Below are positions 49,832-62,035 of a stretch of DNA of 64,000 nt, piece by piece. The number at the start of each line of letters is the position of its first letter. Within the stretch, counting starts at the first letter, position 1. The notes under the pieces were generated by a model. The model was not told where the DNA came from. It did no database searches and was given only the letters and a program-made list of their open reading frames with translations. The stretch is from Amoebophrya sp. A120. Taxonomy: Eukaryota > Protista > Dinoflagellata. A program made the position numbers and the translations under genes. The stretch spans positions 7,656,743 through 7,720,742 of the forward strand of contig CAJINV010000002.1 in NCBI GenBank assembly GCA_905178155.1. The letters are read 5' to 3'.

Positions 49832-52159
49832 TCAAAAAATCGACACGATCTCACCGATCCGTGCCTCTCTTGGTGTTCTGCGGGGGTACACGCGAAGTTT
49901 CTTCGGCGCGCCGATGACAGCCGGCGTGGTGCGAAAATAATGCTTCCCCAAAATCGGCGGCTTGTAACACATGCACGCGTAGAGGCCCACCAGGATCCAC
50001 CTGTTGGGTTACAGTTTCAGTATTTCTATTTGCTTGCATATGCTACAACTCGATTGGTCGTTAAAGAAGACGAACTGCAAGTACTTTTCATCAAATCAAT
50101 TACAATTTAGAAATACGCTCCAAAGACGACGCCGAGCGCCCAGCTGACATAGCTCTTCAATGTACACCCCTCGTAGTTGCAGATGATACAGGGCCCGCAG
50201 AATAGTGCAGTGCAGTTGCACTGTGGAATCGGCCTCGTCTTTTCGCTATCAACTGTAAAAATGTCTGGGTCTGGAAGATTCTGACACTTGTCATGCACGT
50301 TTTGCATGAGCCACGATGTCTGTGATGCATACCCTAGCAATACAGATTTTTTGAAAGCTTCTTGATGCGTATTCCCAATGACAAATGCCTTCTCAGCGTA
50401 GCAAAAATTGCATTTCCTTTGGTACTCGTGCAATACAGATTTTTTTGGAATCCAAATGCAGCATCACAAGTTGCAATCTTCCAGACCCAGACATTTTTAC
50501 GTTTGATATTCGCAGCCCCAAAATCCAAACTCCGTGTCGTCGTTCCGACACAAAATCGGTCGCTCCAGTTTTATCAAGTGTAAAAGTGTCTGGGTCTGGA
50601 AGAGTGCATGTTTGTCATGCTTGTCTGGCATGACTCTCAAATCTGTCATGCACGTTACCCAAGAGCGCCATTTTTCTGTCATGTAGAAACGCAGTTTGTC
50701 ATGCAGAATAGGCAACATCTAGAAGCTCAGAAACTTGTCATGCTGAGCGAGCACTTGTGGCCTCCTCATGATACGCCACCCAGCATCACAAGTTTCCAGA
50801 CCCAGACATTTTTACAGTTGATAAGTTTCGCAGCCGCCTGATTTTCCGCTTCCAGGTCTGCGGGCGACTTCGCGTCCTCGTCTTCGTCCTCTCTGTCGAA
50901 GCACCAGAAAAGCGACTCTTCTTCTGGGGCTGGGTCCGTTGTGGAGCTATGGCGTGCAAAAGTAGCATTAGCGACACCGTTGCTTCCAATGTTAATGCAG
51001 TATCCTTGATGAAAGATCTCACAATATTTTATGGCTATGTATACAACTTTGGTTACCAGATTATGCCTTTACACAACTTCTTCTCCTCGTTTACAGTAGA
51101 TTTGACATCACGATCACGACTTCGTAGCATTTTATTATCAGCTGCTGATGTCATTTGCACCTCGTACTACCCGAAATTGAACATCTCCCGGCGCCCGACG
51201 ACAGCGCGCGTGGTCGCCCGCAGCTTCGTAGTACTATCGTCCCGCGGCTCCGCTCCGGGGTCGCAGCCTTCGACCCTGCTCCCCGGGTCCATCTTCTTTG
51301 GCGGCGGTGGCTGCCCGATATCAGTAGCCTCTCCTGCACCACGAGACCACAGCCGTTCATCCTCGTTTCCCTTGTTGCCCGCCCCGGAATAAATACCGCT
51401 TCTCCTTCGTCCCGCTTGCGCTGCAAAACTGGACTCGGTATCAAGGGCCTTGCCGTTCTTGCCCCCCGGCGCTCCGCTCTGCGTGCCCCCCGACGAGGGT
51501 CCTCTAGAGGATCTACTTTTGGAGGCGGAGGTGATGACTTCCTTCACCTTTTTCTCTTCCTGGTTCTGGCCGCGTCTGATTTCCCCCAGCTGTAATCCTG
51601 GAACAACCGTCCCTGTCGTTCCGGCTGCTGCAGTGCCGTTTTTCCGTACCTCGTCCGCGACGTCCTCTCTTGGCGTCCTCGGCCCCGCAACATCAGACGG
51701 CGTAGCAGCTGCAACATCGTCGGGAAATTGGAAATCCATCTGCAGCGGTTTACTTGTCCTACTCTTCAGCACGGCTTGCGAGGACTCGTTATCAAATGGG
51801 TCCGGGTCCTGCCCGGCTTCCACCACGACCGGCCGACTCTGTTGTTGCACCTGTCGTTCCCCTTCCGGGCGAGGCGCGCCGCGCGCTCTCGCCGCTTCGC
51901 CCCGTGCGACGTCCCCCGGGAATGCGAACATGGAGGTGTTATTCACAGTCTGTGCCGACGAATTCTCCGTGCTTTCTTCCGGTGGTGCTTCATCCGGAAA
52001 AGAAAATACCGGCGGTGTCGTCGTGGACTGTTGGCCAACTGGTCGTGCCCGGGTCTGCTCGTCCCGAGGTACTACTCCTAACCTTGCGGTAGAGGAGGAA
52101 GAGGAATTGCCACTTTCCTCGCCCGGAAACCGGAATTTTTCGCCTTTCCCACTCGTCAT
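49832..52159 (-). CDS. Hypothetical protein (~487 aa): disordered N-terminus with FxFP repeats and a C-terminal Cys-rich hydrophobic hairpin (loosely Pmp3/UPF0057-like); host of two TIR introns
   Basis: Exons 52159-51171, 50946-50824, 50566-50509, 50241-50117, 50000-49832; 1,464 nt, in frame. Reads ..ENQAAAKLERPILCRNDDTEFGFWGCEKTRPIPQCNCTALFCGPCIICNYEGCTLKSYVSWALGVVFGAWILVGLYACMCY.. Confidence 0.8.
50247..50508. mobile_element. Introner-like TIR element E1 (262 bp)
   Basis: 34-bp TIRs with 32/34 identity (TATCAACTGTAAAAATGTCTGGGTCTGGAAGATT). 5-bp direct repeat TTCGC at 50242-50246 and 50509-50513. Retention gives an immediate TAA stop. Confidence 0.93.
50572..50823. mobile_element. Introner-like TIR element E2 (252 bp)
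   Basis: 30-bp TIRs with 28/30 identity, same family as E1. 5-bp direct repeat AGTTT at 50567-50571 and 50824-50828. Confidence 0.93.
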
Positions 52160-53711
52160 CCTCGGGTGTCTCTGTTATTTCTCTCGTCGCGCTCAACCAG
52201 ATTATTTCACACCCAACCAATGCGTTCCTCGCCTCTGCATTTAAGATTTCTACTTTGTTTTGCATAGGCATACATATCATAAAGTAGTGCTCAGGATCGC
52301 AACCTGCCCCTTTGCGTGCTTGTAGTTTGCTGGTGTCAACCTTGAACTTGATCTGCGCTGACGCTTGTCGCTACAATTCATTGTGTCTGACGGAAACGAA
52401 ACAAAGAAAGGAGGACAAAATCAGCGTACCAAATGCGAATACGATAGAATAATTGGCGTCAGTTTTTTGAAGCGGATAAGCCTGCTACTTTATTTTGTTT
52501 TTGTTTTTCCCCCACTATGATTCCTCACCCCCCAGTTCCAGTTCCTTGAAGATGTACTACCCTACTGAATGCTACTACTTCGATTTTGGCTTCAACTCTC
52601 GTACGCTTTTCGCTCTCTACAATGTAGACCGATATCAAGCGACTTCCGAAACAACTTGATGAACGACAATAGCGGTGCAAGAACAAATCGCACTGCCCCC
52701 GCAAGAGAAAAGAGTTTTCTACCAAGACGGGTAGGCAGTGTATTGACAACGGAAACTACGGTGATCCCGCAAACGTCAGACGGCGGGCCAAAATCAAACC
52801 TTCGACCCAGAAGACCGAGGTAAAGTCGTTCTTCATGATTTAATCCTTCTGGTTGTGCAATGATTATATCTCGTCCTCAAGCTCGACAATCAGTATCAAA
52901 TTTGTACACGGCAGGTCGAACAACAAATTTGTTCGGGTATTTTTATCTTAGGAGGAGGATATTTTCAGGTGGAGGAGCATTCCCATTCGCAGGATCCGTA
53001 CCACGAACAATTGTAAACAGTACAACGCACCATGACTACAAGTTTTAGTCCACCTCCACTGGAACTTCTTCATGCACTTTCTATCCTACTAATACGCGAT
53101 AGAAAAAAGCTTGAAGAAAGAATAAAAGCAAACGAGGATATCGATGTTGTTGCTCCGGTCGCGGCACCGTCGTTGTTCGGGAGAACGCTGAAGGACGACT
53201 GCTATCCGCTGTAGTAGCACCACCCAGATGGATCACTATCCTATATCATAATCCGAGTTCTCGAAATATATCCTGCAAAGTGCGACAGCGCTCCATCAGT
53301 GAAATGGTGTGATGAAAGGTACAAGTAGTACCTCTAGGGTTGCAAACAGTTCTGTTCAATGTGCTCATCGCTTCCATAAAATAGCCTTTGATGTGCATAT
53401 CACGTGGCGCAAAAAAGAAAGCCGCCTCATTCGTCGCGTGTAGCCTTACGATTCCCAGCGCGCGCGCCTGCACGGCAGTAGAATCCGAAGGAGGCTACGT
53501 ACTGTAGTCCTCGACTAAAGCTTTTGCTTCAAATGGGCGATGATGATCCTGATCCTGATCTTCTAGCGGTGAATGATATTGAGTCGGGGCGAGCTCAGCA
53601 TTACAGCAAGAAAGTAACACAGCTACGTGGGTAGTAGTGTATGATGGAGGTCTGCGAAACAGGAGTGGAAAAAGTGCGAAACAAGAAAATGGGAGACTAT
53701 TTTACGTACGG

Positions 53712-54769
53712 CTACACTGCCCGCAAGCACGCTTTTTGCATCAAGAACGAGTCCCGAAACTTGTAGAAGTCGTCGTAGGGCCGCTTGTGTTTGCGATCCC
53801 GGTTGCGCTTCTTCCGGCTTTTCCAAAAAAAATCGGCACGGTTGGTGGTTGTGAAAAGTGCGTCGCCGGCAAATGTCGGTATTTCGTTCTGCTTCAGCTC
53901 CCGACATATGTACGGCTTACCACCTGAAGTTTTCATTTTGTTCGATGTGCACCTTGCATCATCATAATTTTCAATAAAACCTCGACGACGACGACAAGCA
54001 GAACAGAACTACAGGAAAAGATAACGAAAGTCTTCATCGGAAACGCCTGTCCTCGATAAAGCGAATCAGACCGAGCTACCATGTGCCAGCTGTTGCTTGG
54101 GGAAGAATTCCGTCGTGTTACCGGCTGTGTTCGCTAGCACCTCTACTGTTACCTTTGTTTTTCGGTTTGCAAGTTTCTGTAAGTACGACTAGACCCACCG
54201 CAATCGATAATCCGCAAATGGAACTGCGTCTGTCTGTGGATTCGCTTTGCTTTTACTTCTAATTTGTGTGCTGCAATGACTTGCATTGCTCCCACATAGC
54301 AAATGCTTCAATGTAAGTTCAAGTTGTATTATCGCTTCCAACATTACCGAAAAAAACACGATCTTACCGCCCTCTTTCCGATTCCCATGCTAGATCGGTT
54401 TATTCTGGCGAGCCGTTCTTCCTGCACTGCCAGAGCTCGGTCCACGCGGTCCAGACGCAGGGTTGCCCGGGGATCTTCATCCGCTATCCCGGGTATACTC
54501 ATCGGCGGAACGGTGCAGACGCCGGCGCGCTGTGTGGTTGTGGGAATCTTTTTTGAGGGGTTCTTGAGTTGCGCCCGCATTCAAAATTCTGAAGTTGCAC
54601 AGCTCACACATGAGATCAACATGTACTATTTCCAACTTCTTACCGTCGCGGTCCCTGATTGTAGCTCATTCTTTATTCTCCGCGGCGCTTTAGCGGTGCT
54701 GGAAGACGCGACTTCCGCGGCTCCTGGTGGCACCAGAGCGGGCAGAGAAACGGAACGCTCCGCGGGCAT
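53712..54769 (-). CDS. Hypothetical protein (~216 aa)
   Basis: Exons 54769-54644, 54562-54368, 54140-54080, 53980-53712 join in frame through GT-AG introns (MPAERSVSLPAL..GKRAVLANTAGNTTEFFPKQQLAHGFIENYDD..). No recognised domain. Confidence 0.5.
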
Positions 54770-56332
54770 ACTTTCGCGATGCTTTTCGTATTTGGTAGCT
54801 GTACCTTATGAACGAATCTAATGTGGAATTCTCCAGATACGTGTCTTTCGGGCCTGTTTGCGATCCTCGCTACTACACCCCGATCTGCCAGTAACCTAAT
54901 CTATCATGAGAACCAACACTCGCTTCAGGTCCGATCTGCTTACCCCGAGGCACTCGCCCAACATGTGTATGAATCGTACGTACCACTCTCCGAGACGACA
55001 AAACTAACGAAGAAGACAATGAAGGTGAGGACACTACCGACCATACGATATACGACGCCTGTCGATCACCCTGTTACGAGAGAAGACCCCGAACAGCAAC
55101 AGACTGCCTTCGATCTGATACGAAATAAATCTTCGAAATGCCACCATGCCTGTCTCCATCGATCGATGCTTAACTTTGATATGACCCCAAGAAGAAACGC
55201 ACTACTTCGACGAAGAGCTCCAACCACGGCATCATCAAGTTTTCACGGGATCCCTGAATTAGTGAATCACTACGACCACCGACCAATGAGTTACAGATGC
55301 GCGCGTACGCACCGACCAGTCGGATACGCGCGCGCGGACTTTTCTTCTACAGGCGAAATAGCGACACTGATGCTTGACTATTTGAAAAAAGAACACACGT
55401 GGCTCTGGCGCTGCCTCGTTTGCCTCCGGATCTGTTCGTGGCGTGTGCGTGCCAGTTAATCTTTTGATTGCTCTTGTTTGATTTATTTCAGATGATGTTT
55501 ACGCTTTAATTGATTTTGGTGGTCCTTTAAGCAATCATTCTACGTATAATGCGCCCTCGAAAAGTTGTGGTGAAATACATACTGTGCTACTTGAGCGCTG
55601 TAGTAGCTACAGACAGCTCTTACTACGCTCTTTTTGATGGCGCGTACCAATCCTTCGTGCAACATCAGCAGTTTTTTGGTAGATAGGAAGTATACAGTTG
55701 AAAAGTTTACAGCGTCCCTTCAGTGATGTCGATGTTCATTTTCAGTGTGTGAAACGTGACGTGTCTGAGTAGACACGCTAGAGGATCCGGTAGCGCAGGG
55801 CGAACGCACCAGTCCTCAAAACACCTAAGCGAACCTTCCAGACAAGAGGTGCGTCCTGGGCTGCAGTAATTTCCGGCCGTGCTCACTCTTGTCCGTCAGG
55901 TGGGTGTGCACGACTACAACGATACTCGTCTTCATGGGACATTCCAATATTCTAACTGCGATACGTATTCTCGTATTTTACCAAAAGAAGATTTTAGTGT
56001 GAAAATAGCTATAGTACATTCGATAAATCATACCTGAACAAAGCCAACATGATGACCCTACTTTGTGTTTTTCTCAATAGCAAAATACGACTCAGAACTT
56101 CTCTGTGCGTCATTCCACCAATTGGCTGGTCATATCAAGTACAGTGCGACTGCGGCAGCTCCAGCTTACGAAGCAACTGGAGATGACAGCACAACGAGAC
56201 GGAAGCAGTACAACGGCCTGCTTGTTCCTCATCTTCCACCTGTCCTCCGGCGGCCGAACCCGAATCGACCTCGACGTTCCTGCAATAATACAGCGCGTTT
56301 GTTGTCTATTGGTTTTCTGCACGACCCGCTTC

Positions 56333-59300
56333 TTACAAGCGATCGATGTACTCGGAGATGTCCGGGTGCTCGACCTTGAGACCCTTGCGCTCCCGGATGT
56401 CCAACATGATGCTCTCGGCCTTGGAGCCCTTCTCGAGCGGGTCGGTCTGGATCAGCTGCCAGTGATCGAAGGCGAAGGTGGCCAGCGCCTTACCGGAGGT
56501 CTTGGTCTGCAGCACCTTGGTGAACGGGTCGTCACCCAGCGTCTCGGCGATCGGCAGGAAGGCCACAACAATCGTCTTCCCGTCCTTCACCTCGGTGTAC
56601 TGCGGCTCACCTGTTTTCGTTAGAGCGATCAAGAATTAATACGTAGAGAAAATGCAAACGGTTTCGTCCAAAATTACAAACAGTTTCTGATTTAAGAAGC
56701 AAAAGAATTACTACAAAAAATCACGAAGAAGTTGTAAGTACCTCGCTTGGCCATGATTGCCTGGTTGACGCCCTGTTCCACGTCTTCCGGACAGGCGATG
56801 ACGACCTTGAAGATCGGTTCCATAAACCTCGCATCGGAGGTGAGGACCGCGCCGAAGAAGACTCGGCGGGCGGTGGGCTGGAGCTGTCCCATACCGCGGT
56901 GGATGCTGTCTGCGTGGAGCTTGACGTCCATCAGGTTGAAGCGGACGCCGCGCATGTTCTCCTCGGCGAGCGGCCCCTGTCGCGCGGCCCACTGGAGACC
57001 CGAGTTGACGGACTCCTTGATCTCGTTCAGGTACTGAATCCCCTTGGTCTGGTCCACCAGCACGTTGGCGCCTCCCACGTCAATGTCGTTGGGTCCGAAG
57101 CCCCAGATCTTCATGCAGTCGGTCTTCTCCCAGCCGTACTCGTCAATCAAGACGCGCGCGCGCTTCTTCACGTCCTGCTGCATGTTCACCTTGTAGGTCT
57201 CGATGGCCTGGCTCACCTCCTCGCCCAGCGGGCAGGCAATCACGTACAACCGGTTGTGCTTGTTCGGGGACTTTGACAGCGCCGGCTTGGCGCACTCGGT
57301 GGTCACCGTCTCCTTGTAGGACACCGTCGGGACGCCGCGGGTAAAATCGACACCGGCGTGCTCCTCCTTCAAGTCCTTCAGCACCAGCTTCAAATGCTCC
57401 TCACCGCAACTGGGGGGTTGTAAGTTTTTTCAATTTCAATCAGAAGTCCAGCCACAAAGCATCTTGATTTTTGTTTGATCAACGCAGCAGCGCCAGCATG
57501 ATCGGAGTAGTCTCTACTAAGTTGCACCTCTGACATAGCTGACCTGAAGCACCACCGGTTTTTCTCGTGCTAACTACAAAATGAAGTTTTAGTAGATCAG
57601 TGTATTGCAGGGGAAAATGATATAACGATAAACAAAACCGATTTCATTCTTACCCGCTGACAATGTGGTCTCCGGTTGGCTCGGAAACGCAGTTTACGAT
57701 GATATCGGCTTTCTGCAGGCGCTTGAGCCCCTCAACGAGTTTCGGAAGCTGCTTGCTGTCGGCAGGGCGGATGGCGATGCGGTAGACGCAAGACACGTTG
57801 AAGGACAGACTGGTGAAGTTGTAGGACTTCTTGTCGGAGGAAATCGTGGCGGACTTGCTCATGAACTGATCGACACCACCCAGGGACACGATGTTGCCGG
57901 CCGGGCAGTTCATCACGGGTTGCATTTCCTGTAGAAATTGTTCGCATTAACAATTACATCGCCGATAAAGCTCATCTCCTTCTTCATGTTCATTCCACAT
58001 GATATACTCCACGGAATAGAGGTGGCCCAGCAGCACCAGAGCGACTCGGCTACAAGGCGTTCTAATTATTCTGTCTCCGTGAAAATGACCGAAGATCGTT
58101 CCTTGACTTCGTAGCAACAAAAAGTTCTCATTAGAATTGAATACCTTTCCCAAGTTCAACATGACGTTTTGTGCGCGGCCCTCCTGCGCGTAGGCGGAGG
58201 TTTCCGGATCTTCCGGATCGTAGTCGGGGCCACGGATGTGATACTTATCGGTGGAGGCCACACCGGAGAAGATGCGGCCGACGGCGTAGAACCGTCCCGC
58301 GGAGCCGGTCGGCGTCATCTTGACGACGTGCATCATCAGCGGGCCATTCGGGTCGCACGCAACCATCGCCTTGGCGGTGTCGGACTCCATGTCGCCCTTG
58401 TAGATGTGCTCGATCTTCAGCTTCTGAGCGACCTTCGGGTTGGGGGCGTGCGTGGCAATCATGGTGGCGATGGCATCGCCGGCCGGCAGCCACGACTGCA
58501 TCACGCGCTTCACGAGCGCCTTGCCTTTCAGCTTCTTGTCTTCGGCCTTCAGCGTCACGCCGAGCTTGGTGGCCATAGCCTCCCAGGACGCGTCTTCGGC
58601 CATAATCTTCTTGTGCATGTTGATAATCGGGTCCAAGATGAACTGGACGAACCTGATTTTTGTGTAGCAGAGAAAACATATTTCGTGAACAACTTCGAAA
58701 AAAATCGTCTCCTGAGCCAGAGTTGCGAATGCGATGTCCTACTACTCAGGGTCCGTAGTGCTCTATCGTTCTTGAGCCTTCTCGTCTCAAGGAGTTCAAA
58801 ACAGTCAAACCACATTTGAGACACAGCCCTCCAAGTGGAGGAGAAACTGTAAGTGCAAAATCATTAACATGTCGAATATGGACAAACAGGACTCCATATT
58901 AAGTACCCGCGCTTGCTGCCCTCAACCTCCACGGTGGTCCAGGTCTTCTTGGCAGGGTTGTAGAACTGATCGCCCCACAACCGCTTCATCATCTTCTCCT
59001 CCGTCATACCGGGCATCTTGGCGGCATACATCTTTGCGAACTGACGCAGGGAGAAGGCCCAGCCGTAGTAAGCGGATCCGAAGACGACGTTACCTTTTAT
59101 TTTGTTTCTTGCGATTTCACGAGGGAATCAAAATTATCACTTGCTACTCTCACCTGCAAACTGACAATTTAGACCGTCGTGGACGTGCGACTGTGGAGTA
59201 ACAGCCAGACCTGAATCCTCCAAGCAGACACCAACCTCAGGGGAAAGAGCCCCAGAAAGCAGGTGTCTTGATACAACGGCTATCCTATTGCATGCATGCA

Positions 59301-60602
59301 AATCCGAAAATCTTCAAACCGCAATGAATAGATCTCTCACAGATGAACCGCACCCTCTCATCGTCTCTTTTGATTTTGTCTGTTAGTCTTAGTACCTCGA
59401 CACACAGCAGAAAAACAACTAATATCTATACCGAGTTCCGGCACCAGATTGAATCCCTTCAGGTTCAATTTCTCCGCGCCCGCCAGTGCGACGTTCATGT
59501 TTTCGACGACCTTGGACAAGTCCTGGTACAGCTCCTCGCCGGTTTTTTCCAACACCATGATGGAAATGTCCATCTTGTTCACGAACAGGGTCGGCTTGCA
59601 GCGCTCCTTCAGCGAGTCCGTGACCATGTATTCCATCATCACACCGACGCCGTCCTGCACACCGACCGTACAAAGCGTGGCATCGGACATACGCAAGCCC
59701 GCGGCGACCTTTCATTTTTGCGAATAAAGAGTTGTTTATGTCCGGTCGATAAGTGGTGGCATATCATTCGCCTTCTCAAATTTATTCGCTTTTAGAATCT
59801 CGACACTTTGTGGAGTAAAGGGTGAGTATCAAAACTGCTTTAAAGAAGTCGACGAAGGTCGTCGAAAAATTTAAAGAATTCCAGAAGCTGCACGTAGGTC
59901 AAATAGAAATACCTCCGGGGAGTATTCGATGTGTCCCGGGGTGTCTAGCATGCAGAACATGAATTTTCCATCCTTCTCTTCCCCGAGTTCCTGCTTGCCC
60001 ACTTCCCCCTTCAATTCGCTGTACTTGGCGTCCAGCAGGAAGTGGCACGGGTTGCACTTGTAATTGGATTTCTTTTCCTTCTCATCCGCACGGTACCTAA
60101 ATTTTTGTATGTAAGCGGATTTAAATTATCACATTCACAATGTCGGAAAAACGCACCAAATCCTTGCGACTCGTCGACATGCGGCTACATTTGGTCGGCC
60201 CGGAGAAACAATACTATTCTAAAAGTGAATTTCCTTCTTCGCTTCGAATTTAAATTTTCGAAGCCGAATTGCTGTTGGCGCTGTAGGAAACAGCACCTAA
60301 TCTCAAGACGATGGGGCAGGTGGTCCATCCAGGTTTCTCGTCCGGCGGTCGAAAATCAAGAAGAACGACCGTCAAGTTTGCTAAATCGGAACGATGAAAC
60401 AAATCTAAATCTAAAAATGGCTATGATACAGGGTGAAGAGCTGGTCCCCAATTTTGTTTTCGGCCAGGTAGCCGGTCAGCGCTCCCATGTTATCCATGAT
60501 GCAGGACTTTCCGTGACCCATACTTCCGAGCATACACACGTTACGCACGGTCTCGATCTGGTCCATCTGACGACGGGCATCATCTTGGTGGTACTTCGGC
60601 AT
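56333..60602 (-). CDS. Elongation factor 2-like translational GTPase (divergent eEF2 paralog), 849 aa, 8 exons
   Basis: Exons 60602-60430, 60096-59913, 59708-59432, 59093-58907, 58652-58145, 57928-57654, 57409-56742, 56610-56333; all GT-AG. Motifs DTPGH, NKMD, FGSA..GWAF, KSPNKHNRL, diphthamide loop HADSIHRG, FDHW, RERKGL. Confidence 0.95.
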
Positions 60603-62035
60603 CTTGTGGAGGGTGTTGTTTGCAAAAGAGTGATACTAGGTGAAACAAACTTCTAACGAGAGAAGGCTTGAACAAATCTAAATCGGGAAGTTTCTACGAA
60701 ATTCGTGTAGAAGTACCCGATACGACTTTGGCTGTGAGTAGAGATTTAGATTTTCGGCAATAATTGTGGAGTGGTTCGATTTAGAAAATTTAGAAAACTT
60801 CGGAGTTGAAAAGCGAGCTCGGCGGATCTGCCACAGTCTTTAAATTCCATCATCTGGAGGCTCCGCGTTTTCACTAGCGTTTCTGTCGAAGATCTTTCGG
60901 ACCTAAAAAATGACGCTGGATCTCTGTAGAATTACTCTAATACCTCCAACGCGGAAATCAAGGTGATCCACAGTCAGCGAGCGTGCGTGTCTGGATGCTT
61001 GCTGCCCAAGACTGCACTCAACTCGCAAGAAAGGTGGCGGAGTCATTCCGTGAAAGCGAAAACGGGATCTAAATCTGGTCAAGATGATCCTCACGCAGGA
61101 CCTCATTGTATCTTTGGGACCAAGATGCGGATCTAAATCGTACCTGGTCAGAGAACGAGGATCTAAATATTCTGAGACTCAGACAATCTGCTGTCTTGGT
61201 CCCTCTCCCTGGAGAGTTGAACCGCCCCTAATATCTCTAATCTGTCGTGAGCAGTGATTAGATCTTTTTTTGGAAGAGGCGGTGGGCCATGCAAATTTTC
61301 GTCTCTGTTATTTTCATTCAGAAGGTCTCTCGCAGTTCTGAACAAGTCTTCTATCATGTGATCGTGCCTTCTACCCTAGTGGAACGCTTCGACAGCGTCC
61401 GCATCATTCCATGCCCGATGCCGATCTAAATTTGAACACAACGTAGTACTCCCGCAGCGACAGCATCCTGGGGCACGTAGCTCTTCAACGTAAAGGTAAA
61501 AGCTTCTCGTAAATACAATTTTTCTTCCAAGTTCGAATTTTTTCAAGCTCAATTTTACAAAGTTTTATTTAGTTTAGCTTTTAGTAAGACGCATCACATC
61601 CTTCAATTTAAATTTTCGCTGGGTGCAGATTGCGAGGGAGCGTCAGTCTCAGTTCGCAAAGAAGCGTGAGGATGGCGCTTTTTAAACATTTTTGTTGCGT
61701 CAGAGCTCGAGGGTAAATCTAAATGTTCTCCTCGCTATCGCTATTGGTGGACATTATTTCGTACAATTGAAAGCTAAGTTACAGCAGCGCAATTTCTCTG
61801 CCGCTGTCGTCTGGACCGACCAGGTCACGTTTCTTGTCGCGGGACTGCGCAAAAGGTCTGCTTTCGCAAACACAGAGGATGGTTCTGGTGCGTTCCACTG
61901 TCACATTCATGTTCCTCTGCTATCTCTGGCATCCTGCTCCTCTGCTATCATCTTCCTCAGTCTACTGGTAATTGATTAAAATCTGCTAAGCATTGTATTG
62001 AAGCGGCGGATTACATTTAGATTATGGATTTAGAT
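60403..62035. promoter_or_regulatory. Cluster of ten ATCTAAAT/ATTTAGAT octamers upstream of and in the first intron of the eEF2-like gene (candidate cis-element)
   Basis: Copies at 60403, 60676, 60744(rc), 61066, 61131, 61161, 61424, 61716, 62015(rc), 62028(rc). Function is inferred only. Confidence 0.4.

Noticed and set aside
54821-55459. 212-aa plus-strand ORF
   Set aside because: No recognisable motif, intergenic-like composition, and opposite to the gene block. It cannot be supported.
55750-55920. GC-richer patch with a small hairpin (CGTGTCT..AGACACG), possible ncRNA
   Set aside because: No tRNA, snRNA or snoRNA signature identifiable by eye.
60412-60425. TAGCCATTTT (minus strand) resembling the dinoflagellate spliced leader; similar partial match near 52583
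   Set aside because: Only 10 nt match, located in an intron or on the wrong strand, and compatible with chance.
56333-60429. Idea that GTAT-starting canonical introns derive from the TAT-ended introners
   Set aside because: No residual TIRs, inner motifs or 5-bp duplications beyond the universal AG|G proto-splice context.
61163-61357. Short 64-aa minus-strand ORF upstream of the eEF2-like gene
   Set aside because: No motif and no convincing flanking exons.
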